Source: an uncultured bacterium (GTDB taxonomy: Bacteria > Bacteroidota > Ignavibacteria > Kapaibacteriales > UBA2268). Taken from it: DNA of 64,000 nucleotides. Positions 9,986-20,279 of this stretch are shown here, piece by piece (positions within the stretch are counted from its first letter, which is position 1; each line of letters begins with the position of its first letter). The position numbers were made by a program, and so were the translations under genes. The DNA is taken from assembly GCA_942490685.1 (NCBI GenBank), contig CALNXW010000016.1, forward strand, positions 1,301,047 to 1,365,046, in the 5' to 3' direction. The notes under the pieces are model-generated. The model made no database searches. It had not been told where the DNA came from and saw nothing but the letters and a program-made list of their open reading frames with translations.

Positions 9986-11134
9986 TTAATTTGACTTAAT
10001 ATATTTCACAACTCCGTCTGTAAGCCAATTAGCAATTGCCTGTCTATTGTTAGGTTCTAAGAGTCGAACTTGATCTTTAGGATTTTGAATATTTCCTAGT
10101 TCAATATAAACTGCAGTAGGTTTTGTATACTTTAACATGTAGAGATTTCTTGTGGATATTGATCCGTCATATCCTCTTCCCGGTTGTGCAATTCTATACT
10201 TTTGTTCTATAGTCTCAAGCAATGTAGTAGCTAATTCTTTTCCTTGAGAGCTATTCGCGTTATAATAGAAAAAGATATCAATACGCTTTTCTGTTATCCT
10301 GGAATCTACATGTAGCACTAGCAAGTACTGTTCTGTAAATCCGTTAGCAGAATTTTGCTTATATAAATTATTTACTATTTCAGCTCTTTTTCTTAATCTA
10401 TATATCTGGTCATGTGAGATTGTATCTTTTCCGTAGTAATATTCTTCATTGCTGTTATTTAAATATCGTATTTCTCTAATTCCATCATTTTCATCTTGAA
10501 CAATAATATAAACTTTTGCAGAATTAAGCATTAACTCCCTGGCTAGCCTGAGAGTAATGTCATATGCATATTCATCTTCATGCAATTCATTACCGTTTGC
10601 ATTTCCGATAGCCCCTGGATCAGGTCCTCCATGGCCGGAGACTAAATAAAATATTTTCCCGGAAAGTGAATTACTAATTGGTTCTATATCTTCAAAATCT
10701 TTACCCAAAAGAGATTCTTTTATATTTAAATCCTCATATTTACCGCTCAAGTCAAAATCAGGAATCCAAAGATCCAAATCTTCACGGTAATCACCTGGTT
10801 TAACACCAGTTTTATATAAGAGTAAATTCCAATCCTGAATCAATTTAGCATAGTCATAATCAGAAATCCCGATCGTAGTACGAATGCTTTTACCATTGTA
10901 TTTGTATGTTTTTATTGGAACCTGATACTTGTTTGTCAAGTATAAAACTTTTGTTTTTCCGTTGATTTGATTGTTATTTAAATTTATAAAGTCAGATTCC
11001 ATTTTTTTTGAATAAGGAATCTTGTATCTTTCCAATAAATTTCTTATCCCATCTCCAGGCTTTGGAGACACTTCCAGATAGTCTTGACTAAATAATATAA
11101 CAGGGAAAATTATAAACAGTATAAAATATCTCAT
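9986..11134 (-). CDS. N-acetylmuramoyl-L-alanine amidase (Amidase_3 family) with signal peptide and N-terminal extension.
   Basis: Amidase_3 zinc-site region LVSGHGGPDPGAIGNANGNELHEDEYAYDITLRLA. N-terminal signal peptide MRYFILFIIFPVILFS. Confidence 0.8.
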   Translation of the reverse strand: MRYFILFIIFPVILFSQDYLEVSPKPGDGIRNLLERYKIPYSKKMESDFINLNNNQINGKTKVLYLTNKYQVPIKTYKYNGKSIRTTIGISDYDYAKLIQDWNLLLYKTGVKPGDYREDLDLWIPDFDLSGKYEDLNIKESLLGKDFEDIEPISNSLSGKIFYLVSGHGGPDPGAIGNANGNELHEDEYAYDITLRLARELMLNSAKVYIIVQDENDGIREIRYLNNSNEEYYYGKDTISHDQIYRLRKRAEIVNNLYKQNSANGFTEQYLLVLHVDSRITEKRIDIFFYYNANSSQGKELATTLLETIEQKYRIAQPGRGYDGSISTRNLYMLKYTKPTAVYIELGNIQNPKDQVRLLEPNNRQAIANWLTDGVVKYIKSN

Positions 11135-11277
11135 ATCACGCTTTTGATTTGGTACAATGCATAAATATATAAAAATATATATCGATTTAAATGCAGTGTT
11201 GAAAAAAAAACACCTTTTCTTTTGTTTGTCTCTCTCTCACACTTTATCTTTGTAAAATGCAAAAATAAAGAATAACT

Positions 11278-12153
11278 ATGAATATCTTAAATAAAGTAGA
11301 AGATTATCTAAAATTTCAATCTGAAGTCTATGGCGATGACATACATGCTATCAAAATATTACCTTCAGTTGGACAACAAGAAATAGAAGATAAAGATATA
11401 AGCGAAAACGAAAAGTTCGTTTCAAAATCAGATGTTATTGAGAATCAATCATCTGATGACAGTAATTCTATTAATACTGTTACTCCAAATTCCACTAAAC
11501 AAGAAGATTCCCATATGCTGAAAAAAAATGATAAAGAAGATACTCAAAGAACTCTAACAGTCCACCCTGAATGGAAAGATTCCTCCAGTCTTGTGGTTTT
11601 AAATGAAAGAATAGCTGATTGTTTAGAATGTGAGCTTGGAAAAGAAAGAAACAAATTAGTATTTGGTTCTGGAAATCCAAATGCTGATATCATGGTAATC
11701 GGTGAAGCTCCGGGAGCGGATGAGGATGAACAAGGACTTCCTTTTGTAGGCAGAGCAGGTAAATTACTAACTAAGATGCTGGAAGCTATATATATTCAAC
11801 GAGATGATATTTACATTGCCAATATATGCAAATGTCGTCCTCCTGGAAATCGTAGACCTACAACTTCAGAAGTAGATGCTTGCGAACCGTATCTGAAAAG
11901 ACAGATAGAGCTTATTAAGCCTGCTTTTATTCTGTCTTTGGGTCTAACTTCAGTAGACACTCTGCTAAAGAAAAAGCATAAAATGGGTGATATTCGTGGT
12001 AATATGATGGATTACCACGGAATTGATATGTTAGTTACTTACCACCCGGCAGCCCTTTTAAGAAATCCGAATTGGAAAAAGGATGCTTGGGATGACTTAA
12101 AAAAACTAAGAATTTTATATGACCAATATTTACTAACAAAAGAAAATAAATAA
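11278..12153 (+). CDS. Family-4 uracil-DNA glycosylase with ~100-aa acidic low-complexity N-terminal extension.
   Basis: The family-4 uracil-DNA glycosylase (UDG) 4Fe-4S/active-site block [50 protein letters not shown]...[15 protein letters not shown]. Confidence 0.85.
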   Translation: MNILNKVEDYLKFQSEVYGDDIHAIKILPSVGQQEIEDKDISENEKFVSKSDVIENQSSDDSNSINTVTPNSTKQEDSHMLKKNDKEDTQRTLTVHPEWKDSSSLVVLNERIADCLECELGKERNKLVFGSGNPNADIMVIGEAPGADEDEQGLPFVGRAGKLLTKMLEAIYIQRDDIYIANICKCRPPGNRRPTTSEVDACEPYLKRQIELIKPAFILSLGLTSVDTLLKKKHKMGDIRGNMMDYHGIDMLVTYHPAALLRNPNWKKDAWDDLKKLRILYDQYLLTKENK

Positions 12154-12164
12154 GAGAATATTTT

Positions 12165-13190
12165 ATGAAAATTGCAGTTTTATTCGGCGGTCTTTCTACT
12201 GAAAGAGCAGTATCTTTAACTGGTGGTAAAGCAATTATAGATGCATTAAGAGAAAAAGGACATGAAGTAAGAGGAATTGATCCGATATACGGAAACGATT
12301 TGGATAAAGGCGAATTACAGCTGCAAGATCCATCTGTAATTCCTGACAACAACTCACTGCTCCAAATACCTGAAAGAAAATATGTAGAATGTTTATCTGC
12401 TGATTACTTCCAAGAAATTGACGTTTGTTTCAACCTATTGCATGGATATTTAGGTGAAGACGGAAAAGTTCAGGCAATTATGGAACTGAATAATATCCCT
12501 TATACTGGCAGCGATGCCCTTTCAAGTGCAATGTCTATGGACAAAGCATTATCAAAACAAATAATGTCTGCAAATAACATTTTAGTTCCTGAGGGATTAG
12601 TACTGGCACCGCAGCATGCCGATGATCATGATCTAATTAAACAAATTAGAAATCATTTTGGGAAAAAACTTGTTATTAAACCAAATGATCAAGGTTCTAC
12701 TATCGGTATAACATTTATCTCTGATGGAAATTTGGAAGATATAAGTGAAGGCATTAAAAAAGCAGCTCAATATTCTAATGTAATTATACTAGAAAAATTC
12801 GTAGAAGGCAGAGAGCTGACTGTAGGTATAGTCGGAGATCAAGTATTGCCTGTAGTTGAAATAATTCCTGATGGTGGATATTATGATTACGAACATAAAT
12901 ACACTAAAGGAAAGAGTAATTATGTTTGCCCCGCTGAAATCTCGCAAGATATAGCTGAGTTTACTCAAAACATGGCGGAGGCCGCTTATACTTCTCTAAA
13001 ATGTTCCGGTTTTGGACGTGTAGATTTCAGATTAAATGAAGATGGTCAACCAATAGCTCTTGAAGTCAATACAGTTCCCGGATTTACATCTACAAGCCTG
13101 GTACCAATGGCAGCTCAAGCTTTAGGCATCGGTTTTGCAGAATTATGCGAACAAATTTGCATTTTAGCTATCAATAAATGGAAAAAATAG
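12165..13190 (+). CDS. ddl: D-alanine--D-alanine ligase.
   Basis: MKIAVLFGGLSTERAVSLTGGKA N-terminus and ATP-grasp fold. 341 aa. Confidence 0.9.
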   Translation: MKIAVLFGGLSTERAVSLTGGKAIIDALREKGHEVRGIDPIYGNDLDKGELQLQDPSVIPDNNSLLQIPERKYVECLSADYFQEIDVCFNLLHGYLGEDGKVQAIMELNNIPYTGSDALSSAMSMDKALSKQIMSANNILVPEGLVLAPQHADDHDLIKQIRNHFGKKLVIKPNDQGSTIGITFISDGNLEDISEGIKKAAQYSNVIILEKFVEGRELTVGIVGDQVLPVVEIIPDGGYYDYEHKYTKGKSNYVCPAEISQDIAEFTQNMAEAAYTSLKCSGFGRVDFRLNEDGQPIALEVNTVPGFTSTSLVPMAAQALGIGFAELCEQICILAINKWKK

Positions 13191-14174
13191 ATGAAAAACA
13201 TACAACTTACCGGTATTGGAAGCGCCTTGGTAGACTTTCAATTTCAAATTAAAGATACTGATTTAATAGACTTAAGTCTCAAAAAGAGTGAAATGACATT
13301 AGCTGATGCTAAAACACAATCTGATTTACTCGCAAAATTTGATACAAATAAAGCGAATAAATGCAGTGGCGGTTCAGCAGCTAACACAATTATTGCTTTT
13401 TCTCAAATGGGTGGCAAAGCCGGGTATATAACTCGATTGGGTTATGACGATTTAGGTAATTTTTATGCTTCTGAATTCACTGATTTAAATATCAAACTAT
13501 CTGCAAAAAGAGATAGTGATAATCCTACAGGCACATGTGCTGTGTTTATCACTCCTGATTCTGAAAGAACAATGCAGACATGTTTAGCAGCATCTGCACT
13601 TTTTTCAACTAAAGAAGTAGATAAAGAACTTATACAAGATTCTGAATGGATTTACGTAGAAGGTTATGCATTATCTCAGGAAAATAGCTATCAAGCTGTG
13701 CTGGAAGCTATTGAAATAGCCAAAAAGAACGATACAAAAGTAGCAATTACTTTCTCTGATATCTTTATTACTGAAATATTTGGCAAACAACTTAAAGAAT
13801 GTGTCAGCAAATCAGATTTAATTTTCTGCAATGAAAACGAAGCTTACAATTATACTAAGACTGATAATATCGAAGATGCTGTAAAATCACTTGCAAAAGA
13901 AGTAAATTCTTTCGTTATTACATTAGGTTCTGAAGGTGCAATTGCAGTAATAGATGGAAATCTTCATCAAATTCCTTCTTATCCTGCAAATTTGAAAGAT
14001 ACTACCGGTGCCGGTGATATGTTTGCAGCTGGTTTCCTTTATGGAATGATAAGTAATAAAGACATTACTTTTGCAGGACATTTAGCATCAGCATCTGCTG
14101 CAGAGATTGTTAGCCAATTAGGCGCCAGATATAACGATAATCTCAAAGACATTGTTAAAAGATTAATGGACTAA
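13191..14174 (+). CDS. PfkB-family carbohydrate/nucleoside kinase (adenosine-kinase-like).
   Basis: PfkB signature motifs GGSAANTI and DTTGAGDMFAAGFLYG. Start codon abuts the ddl stop. Confidence 0.8.
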   Translation: MKNIQLTGIGSALVDFQFQIKDTDLIDLSLKKSEMTLADAKTQSDLLAKFDTNKANKCSGGSAANTIIAFSQMGGKAGYITRLGYDDLGNFYASEFTDLNIKLSAKRDSDNPTGTCAVFITPDSERTMQTCLAASALFSTKEVDKELIQDSEWIYVEGYALSQENSYQAVLEAIEIAKKNDTKVAITFSDIFITEIFGKQLKECVSKSDLIFCNENEAYNYTKTDNIEDAVKSLAKEVNSFVITLGSEGAIAVIDGNLHQIPSYPANLKDTTGAGDMFAAGFLYGMISNKDITFAGHLASASAAEIVSQLGARYNDNLKDIVKRLMD

Positions 14175-14181
14175 CGTTATA

Positions 14182-15510
14182 ATGAAATTATACGTATTAT
14201 TGCTATCTATAATATTTTCTGCTTCTGCTTTTGGACAAAGCGGTATGCATTTCTCAGAATTTGCTCATAAAATTGAGCCTTATTTTGACGAAGCCTTTAT
14301 CAAAGATATTCAAATCCAAATGCCTCAGGGTGACAAATATGCGATCTGGGGATGGGATGTTGGTGACTTTACCGGTGATGGATATAATGATGTTGCTTTT
14401 GCCATAAAACTATCCTCTGAGCGTAAGAAGAAAGTACAGGTATACCTCTTTGCTGATATTGAAGGATACATGGTTAAAGTAGGAGAATTTCCATATGAGT
14501 TTTTCGAAATTCCTTTAGAAATCGGTGTTGTTATCAAAGACGGAACCTGCCTGATAACTAAGAAAAACGAGCAGTTTGATTGGTTAATTCAAGGCTATAA
14601 ATTTGATAATGGTACCTTAGTTCTTCATGATGAATTCCGTACCTTTCCTAAAGGTAGATATACTATGGAATTGTACAATAACTATTTATCGCTAGATAAT
14701 TATGTTAAGTATATCAATAGAACTAATTCTAAAGAAGTGTTTTACGCAGATTATCTAACAATACCTTCTTATCCTCGTGGTAAGCAGATATATAAAGGCT
14801 ATAATAACAAAGCATATTCTAAAAGAATTGATTATGTCCATAGAGGTGCTTACAACTGGGAAGGAGAACAGGACTGCTCTTTTGAAGTAAAATCTGCCTA
14901 TGATGATAACTATCTCTACTTCACGATAAATATATTTGACGACGCTGTAGTAACAAAAAAATGTGATAGTTGCGAATGTGACTATATCGAAGTATGGTTT
15001 TATGCTGATAAACTTCTAGGTGATCGTGCTAAATATGAAACTGAATCACCTGATACTTTAAATACTGCTTCAATTAAAAGCGAAGGTCTTTTCTGCTTTA
15101 AAATATATCCGGGAAATTTCCAAGATATAAAGAGTTATATCAAACTCAGCACTACAGACGAGCTCGCTAAATATCAAAATATAGCCGTAAAAGACATAAA
15201 ATCTGTGGCTTCTTTATTTGCTCAAGGATATACTGTTAAAGTCAAAATACCTTTTATTGTTTTAGGTTATCAGACACCTCCTATTCTTGATGAAGGATTT
15301 GCGTGTTTGAATGTATCAATAGTTGCACATGATTTAGACAATGAGTTCAGACCTGAAGAAATGACAGAAATCGCTACTTCATCTTTTACTCCGTTTAATC
15401 CATACACCTACGGGTGCTTAAAACTTATTCCTAACAACACATGGTACGGAAACAGCAATAATATATATAAAGAAGATGTACTGAAACACTTAAACGAATA
15501 TGGTTTCTAA
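14182..15510 (+). CDS. Hypothetical secreted protein with an FG-GAP-like motif.
   Basis: Signal peptide MKLYVLLLSIIFSASAFGQ. FG-GAP-like segment WGWDVGDFTGDGYNDVAF. No further recognisable domain. Confidence 0.5.
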   Translation: MKLYVLLLSIIFSASAFGQSGMHFSEFAHKIEPYFDEAFIKDIQIQMPQGDKYAIWGWDVGDFTGDGYNDVAFAIKLSSERKKKVQVYLFADIEGYMVKVGEFPYEFFEIPLEIGVVIKDGTCLITKKNEQFDWLIQGYKFDNGTLVLHDEFRTFPKGRYTMELYNNYLSLDNYVKYINRTNSKEVFYADYLTIPSYPRGKQIYKGYNNKAYSKRIDYVHRGAYNWEGEQDCSFEVKSAYDDNYLYFTINIFDDAVVTKKCDSCECDYIEVWFYADKLLGDRAKYETESPDTLNTASIKSEGLFCFKIYPGNFQDIKSYIKLSTTDELAKYQNIAVKDIKSVASLFAQGYTVKVKIPFIVLGYQTPPILDEGFACLNVSIVAHDLDNEFRPEEMTEIATSSFTPFNPYTYGCLKLIPNNTWYGNSNNIYKEDVLKHLNEYGF

Positions 15511-15532
15511 ATATCTATCTTTTCAAATTTTC

Positions 15533-15575
15533 AAAGCAGTTAGTTAATTATTTTTGCTAACTGCTTTTTTTTTGA
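15533..15575 (+). terminator. Rho-independent terminator.
   Basis: Stem aaagcagttag/ctaactgcttt followed by a T-run of 9. Confidence 0.7.
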
Positions 15576-15663
15576 AGTAATGGGGATAAATATTTTCCTA
15601 TTTTTCTATTTTCCTATAGAATTTTATATATTAATTACTCCCTATATACGTTTTAGAGGTGGT

Positions 15664-15879
15664 ATGAAAAACAAAAAACAAGACAATAGCTGGGTAGAAT
15701 ATTCTACTCTTGGTTTTCAAATTGCAATATACATGGTACTTGGTCTTTGGGCCGGTTCTGCAATTGACAATGAAGAAACAGAGCCACTTTGGACTATAGT
15801 TTTCCTTTTATTGGGAATTTTTCTAGGAATGTACAATTTTTTTAAGACGGTGTTGAAAAAAAATGATAGAAAAAAATAA
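15664..15879 (+). CDS. AtpZ/AtpI-family small membrane protein (putative F0F1-ATPase-associated subunit).
   Basis: Two TM helices STLGFQIAIYMVLGLWAGSAID...TIVFLLLGIFLGMYNF, typical of the ATPase_gene1 family. An internal Met preceded by a gaggtg RBS is preferred over the track start at 15580. Lies directly upstream of atpB. Confidence 0.6.
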   Translation: MKNKKQDNSWVEYSTLGFQIAIYMVLGLWAGSAIDNEETEPLWTIVFLLLGIFLGMYNFFKTVLKKNDRKK

Positions 15880-15930
15880 ATATCTTGTTATATTAGCTAC
15901 TGCTAAAGCATTAATGGCGGAGGCGGCTAA

Positions 15931-16215
15931 ATGAGTGCCATTTTGGCAATAAGTATAACACTGTTCAATACTTTAGTGTCTATTTTAATTATTAACAAAT
16001 ATATTAATGCTGATACTAAGACGTTCAATAGGACAGTATTTACATCTTTCATTGCAAGATTTTTCATTGTCCTGACAATTTTCGGGCTGGTATATTACTA
16101 TGTAGCAATTGACGAATTTATATTCCCATTAATTTTTTTAATAAGTCAATTTTTATGCATAATAATAGAAATATTATATATCAACATACGTTATAAGCAA
16201 AGATTTAACAACTAA
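15931..16215 (+). CDS. Small hydrophobic membrane protein (possible AtpI-like).
   Basis: 94-aa ORF with three predicted TM helices between the AtpZ-like gene and atpB. No motif; could be spurious in AT-rich DNA. Confidence 0.35.
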   Translation: MSAILAISITLFNTLVSILIINKYINADTKTFNRTVFTSFIARFFIVLTIFGLVYYYVAIDEFIFPLIFLISQFLCIIIEILYINIRYKQRFNN

Positions 16216-16231
16216 TATATTCGGATTATTC

Positions 16232-17242
16232 ATGGCGGAATCAGTTACTACTCAACACAAGGAAGCGACGGTGGATGGTAATGCAGAAAGTACATCAGCT
16301 AATACTGTAAAAGAACAGGATGTATTTTCGCAACTACTTAATGAAAACATTGGTGACCACCACAGTTTGAGCTTCTTTGGCTATGGAAAGTTGGATTTAC
16401 CAAAAATATTTATTGATAATGGATTCCATTTCTATTGGAATGGAAAACAAATGGAAGAAGCAGGACTTTTTACAGAACATCATCACCACTATGTGAGAAG
16501 CTCTGACCACAAAGCCCCTACTCTTGACTTATCAATAACATCATTAGTATTCTTTGAAATATTAGCGGCTACTTTGCTTTTCGTGGTATTTAAAATAGTA
16601 GCAGGCAAGTATAAGAAAAATCCTAATAGAGCTCCTTCCGGTTTCCAAAATTTAATCGAAGTTGTTTTTACTTATGTTCGCGATGAAATAGTTAGACCAA
16701 ACTTACCAAATGACAAAGTTGTAAATAGGCTTCTACCCTATTTCATCTCTTTATTCTTTTTTATTCTGGTATTAAATTTATTTGGTTTGATTCCCGGAGG
16801 GCATGCTGCCACTAGTAATATAGCAGTGACGGCTGCTCTGGCAGTAACAGCTTTTATTGTGATACAAATAACTGCAATTAAAGAATCCGGAATAGGCGCA
16901 TGGTTCCATCACTTATTAGGTGGTGCACCCGCTTGGCTATTCCCAATCATGGTACCTATAGAAATTATCTCAATGTTTGTAAAACCATTTGCACTAACTG
17001 TCCGTTTGTTTGCAAACATGACAGCAGGTCACGTTGTGATATTATCTTTAATAGGACTAATATTCTTCTTTAAAACGATATTTGTTTCTCCTGTTTCGGT
17101 AGGGTTTGCCCTATTTATTTACACATTAGAATTGTTAGTTGCCTTTATTCAGGCATATGTGTTCACAATTCTTACTGCTGTATTCGTTGGTTTGGCAATT
17201 GGTGATCATTCACACGACCACGATCATGCAGATGCCCATTAA
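16232..17242 (+). CDS. atpB: F-type ATP synthase F0 subunit a, with His-rich N- and C-terminal extensions.
   Basis: Conserved RLFANMTAGHVV (essential Arg helix) and the multi-pass membrane topology. Confidence 0.9.
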   Translation: MAESVTTQHKEATVDGNAESTSANTVKEQDVFSQLLNENIGDHHSLSFFGYGKLDLPKIFIDNGFHFYWNGKQMEEAGLFTEHHHHYVRSSDHKAPTLDLSITSLVFFEILAATLLFVVFKIVAGKYKKNPNRAPSGFQNLIEVVFTYVRDEIVRPNLPNDKVVNRLLPYFISLFFFILVLNLFGLIPGGHAATSNIAVTAALAVTAFIVIQITAIKESGIGAWFHHLLGGAPAWLFPIMVPIEIISMFVKPFALTVRLFANMTAGHVVILSLIGLIFFFKTIFVSPVSVGFALFIYTLELLVAFIQAYVFTILTAVFVGLAIGDHSHDHDHADAH

Positions 17243-17297
17243 TTTTGAAATTACTAATTTTATATTTTGTTTCTTATTTATAAACGAGGATCATTAA

Positions 17298-17525
17298 ATG
17301 GATGCTTCATCTTTAGCTTATCTCGCAGCAGGGCTTGGTGCCGGCTTTACAGTATTTGGTGCAGGCTTAGGTATTGGTAAATTAGCTGCTGCTGCTCTTG
17401 AAGCAAGCGGACGTCAACCTGAAGCTGCAGGCGATTTCAGAACTACTATGATTATCGCTGCTGCACTTATCGAGGGTGTTGCACTTTTTGCTGCCGTGAT
17501 TTGTTTCGTATTGACGACAAAATAA
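17298..17525 (+). CDS. atpE: F-type ATP synthase F0 subunit c.
   Basis: 75-aa hairpin proteolipid with the carboxylate motif AALIEGVALFAAVICFVL. Confidence 0.95.
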   Translation: MDASSLAYLAAGLGAGFTVFGAGLGIGKLAAAALEASGRQPEAAGDFRTTMIIAAALIEGVALFAAVICFVLTTK

Positions 17526-17527
17526 TT

Positions 17528-17565
17528 ATATAGCGGCTATATGCTATCAGCTTTAGCCGCTATAT
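17528..17565 (+). promoter_or_regulatory. 12-bp-stem hairpin immediately after the atpE stop (intra-operon attenuator or mRNA-stability element).
   Basis: atatagcggcta...tagccgctatat with a 14-nt loop. Weak U-tract after it. Confidence 0.5.
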
Positions 17566-17627
17566 TTCTAAAACTCCTCGTTTTACTAGAAATTGACATG
17601 TAATATAATTAAATATATAGGTCTATT

Positions 17628-18122
17628 ATGGAAAATCTAGTTTCGGTCAATCCCGGATTAATGATTTGGACTATTGTAATTTTTACAATTTTCTTCCTAC
17701 TAATTGCAAAGTTTGGTGCTAAACCAATTGCTAATGCTCTAAATGCCCGCGAAAAAGGTATTAACGATGCAATAGACAATGCAAATAATGCTAATAAAAC
17801 AGCTGAAGAAAATTTGCAAAAAACTCAGGAAAAACTTGACAGTGCTCAAAAAGAAATGGCTGAAATAATTGCTAAAGCAAGAGTTCAAGCTGAAAAACAA
17901 TTGCAAAAAGCAGCTGACGAAGCTGATCAAATGAAGCAACAAAAAATTCAAGATGCTTCAAAAGAAATCGAAAGAAAGAAAGACGAAGCTATAGCTGAGC
18001 TTCGTAAAGAAATAGCAGGTCTTATAGTGGAAGCCACTGAAAAGATACTAGAAGAGAAAATTGATCTCGCAAAAGATCAAAAACTTATTGAATCTTATAT
18101 TCAAAAACTTCCAAAGAACTAA
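17628..18122 (+). CDS. atpF: F-type ATP synthase F0 subunit b.
   Basis: N-terminal TM helix followed by a long charged coiled coil (AEE/KK-rich). Operon position. Confidence 0.85.
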   Translation: MENLVSVNPGLMIWTIVIFTIFFLLIAKFGAKPIANALNAREKGINDAIDNANNANKTAEENLQKTQEKLDSAQKEMAEIIAKARVQAEKQLQKAADEADQMKQQKIQDASKEIERKKDEAIAELRKEIAGLIVEATEKILEEKIDLAKDQKLIESYIQKLPKN

Positions 18123-18137
18123 AAAACGGATTTTCTT

Positions 18138-18677
18138 ATGACAGAGCAAAAAGTTTCATATAGATATGCAAAAGCTATTATAGATACTGCGACACAAGAA
18201 AATCAGATAGAAATTATCAAAAAGGATTTTCAGGGTCTTATTAATATGATTAATCAATCTAAAGAATTGAAAAATCTAATTATGAGCCCTATTGTTCAAG
18301 TCTATAAAAAGAAAAAAGTTTTTGAAGAACTATTAAAAGATAATACTTCTACTCTCTTCCGTAATTTCTTCCTTTTAGTTACAGAAAAAAGAAGAGAAAA
18401 CTTGATTTATGTTATCTTTGATGAATTTACCAAGTTGTATAATCACATGAATAATATCTTGCCTGTGACCATAACTACTGCAAATGCTTTAGAAAATAAT
18501 TTGTCTTTGATTATCACAAACAAATTAACTGAATGGACAGGTAAAACTATTATTCCAGACTACCAGGTAGATAAATCTATCAAGGGTGGCATCAAAGTAA
18601 GGATTGAAGATTGGGTGTTTGACGCTTCTTTGAAGACAAAACTTCAATCTTTGTATCGTGAATTAGCTGATGCATAA
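18138..18677 (+). CDS. atpH: F-type ATP synthase delta (OSCP) subunit.
   Basis: YRYAKAIIDTA N-terminus and the C-terminal GGIKVRIEDWVFDASLKTKLQSL OSCP pattern. Confidence 0.8.
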   Translation: MTEQKVSYRYAKAIIDTATQENQIEIIKKDFQGLINMINQSKELKNLIMSPIVQVYKKKKVFEELLKDNTSTLFRNFFLLVTEKRRENLIYVIFDEFTKLYNHMNNILPVTITTANALENNLSLIITNKLTEWTGKTIIPDYQVDKSIKGGIKVRIEDWVFDASLKTKLQSLYRELADA

Positions 18678-18719
18678 TAATTTGAATTAAATAGTTTATA
18701 AGTTATAAAGGTAGTTACT

Positions 18720-20276
18720 ATGACTGATGTTAGACCGGAAGAAATATCTGCTATATTACGCAAGCAGTTATCCGGATTTGATAACGAAGCTGACATCTAT
18801 GAAGTTGGTACGGTATTGCAGGTCGGTGACGGTGTTGCCAGAATTTATGGCCTGAAAGAAGTAATGGCTTCAGAGTTGGTAGAATTTGAAAACGGCGTTG
18901 TCGGTATGGTATTGAACCTGGAAGAAGACAATGTTGGTGTTATGCTATTCGGTTCAGACCGCTTAGTAAAAGAAGGTGATATTTGTAAAAGAACTAAAAG
19001 AATTGCTTCTGTTCCAGTTGGCAATGAACTTTTAGGTCGTGTTGTTAATCCTCTGGGTATTCCTATTGACGGTAAAGGTTCTTTAGGTATTCCGGAAGAT
19101 AAATACTTTGCAATTGAAAGAAAAGCACCTGGTGTTATTAAAAGACAACCGGTTTTCGAACCTGTTCAGACTGGTATCAAGGCAATTGATGCTCTTATTC
19201 CGATTGGTCGCGGACAGCGTGAACTTATTATCGGTGACAGACAGACCGGTAAAACAGCAGTAGCTATTGACGCTATTATAAATCAAAAATTTACTCATAC
19301 AGAAGAAGCTAAAGCGCTTGGTATCGATCCTGTATACTGTGTTTATGTAGCTGTTGGTCAGAAAGGTTCTACAGTGGCAAACGTTGTTGCTACTTTAGAA
19401 GAACATGGCGCTATGGATTATACTATAATCGTAGCAGCAAATGCTTCTGATCCAGCACCTCTACAATATATCGGACCTTATGCTGGTGCTTCAATGGGTG
19501 AGTTTTTCAGAGATAACGGCAAACACGCTTTAGTTATTTATGATGATTTATCTAAACAAGCTGCAGCATACCGTCAGGTATCATTGCTACTAAGAAGACC
19601 TCCAGGTCGTGAAGCTTATCCTGGTGATATTTTCTACCTTCACTCAAGATTATTAGAACGTGCAGCCAAACTTTCTGATGAAGAAGGTGGTGGTTCATTA
19701 ACAGCTTTGCCTGTAATTGAAACACAAGCCGGTGACGTTTCTGCATATATTCCAACTAACGTTATTTCAATCACTGATGGTCAGATATACCTTGAACCAA
19801 ACTTATTTAACGCCGGTATCAGACCTGCATTAAATATTGGTATCTCTGTATCACGTGTGGGTGGAGCTGCTCAGATTAAAGCCATGAAAAAAGTGGCTGG
19901 TCCTTTGAAACTTGAACTTGCAATGTTTAGAGAACTTGCTGCATTTGCTAAATTCGGTTCTGATTTGGATAAATCAACACAGCAACAGCTTACTCGAGGT
20001 GCTGTTTTAACTGAAATCCTTAAACAGGGACAGTATACTCCACTTAAAGTTGAAAAACAAATTGCCTTGATTTATACGGCAACAAGTGGTAAATTAGATG
20101 ACATTGGCGTCAAGCATTTGAAGAGATTTGAAAAAGAATATTTTGAATTCCTCGACAATCAGCATACTGATATTTTGGAATCAATTATTCAGGAAAAAGT
20201 TATTACTGATGATAACAAAGTCAAACTCGAAAAAGCTATCGACGATTTTGTTACTAACTTTAAGAAGACAATATAG
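18720..20276 (+). CDS. atpA: F-type ATP synthase alpha subunit.
   Basis: Walker [10 protein letters not shown]. Highly conserved alpha-subunit blocks throughout. 518 aa. Confidence 0.97.
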   Translation: MTDVRPEEISAILRKQLSGFDNEADIYEVGTVLQVGDGVARIYGLKEVMASELVEFENGVVGMVLNLEEDNVGVMLFGSDRLVKEGDICKRTKRIASVPVGNELLGRVVNPLGIPIDGKGSLGIPEDKYFAIERKAPGVIKRQPVFEPVQTGIKAIDALIPIGRGQRELIIGDRQTGKTAVAIDAIINQKFTHTEEAKALGIDPVYCVYVAVGQKGSTVANVVATLEEHGAMDYTIIVAANASDPAPLQYIGPYAGASMGEFFRDNGKHALVIYDDLSKQAAAYRQVSLLLRRPPGREAYPGDIFYLHSRLLERAAKLSDEEGGGSLTALPVIETQAGDVSAYIPTNVISITDGQIYLEPNLFNAGIRPALNIGISVSRVGGAAQIKAMKKVAGPLKLELAMFRELAAFAKFGSDLDKSTQQQLTRGAVLTEILKQGQYTPLKVEKQIALIYTATSGKLDDIGVKHLKRFEKEYFEFLDNQHTDILESIIQEKVITDDNKVKLEKAIDDFVTNFKKTI

Positions 20277-20279
20277 ACT

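Noticed and set aside
19083-19755. Minus-strand ORFs inside atpA (19083..19298, 19552..19755).
   Set aside because: Antisense to one of the most conserved genes in the window. No supporting features.
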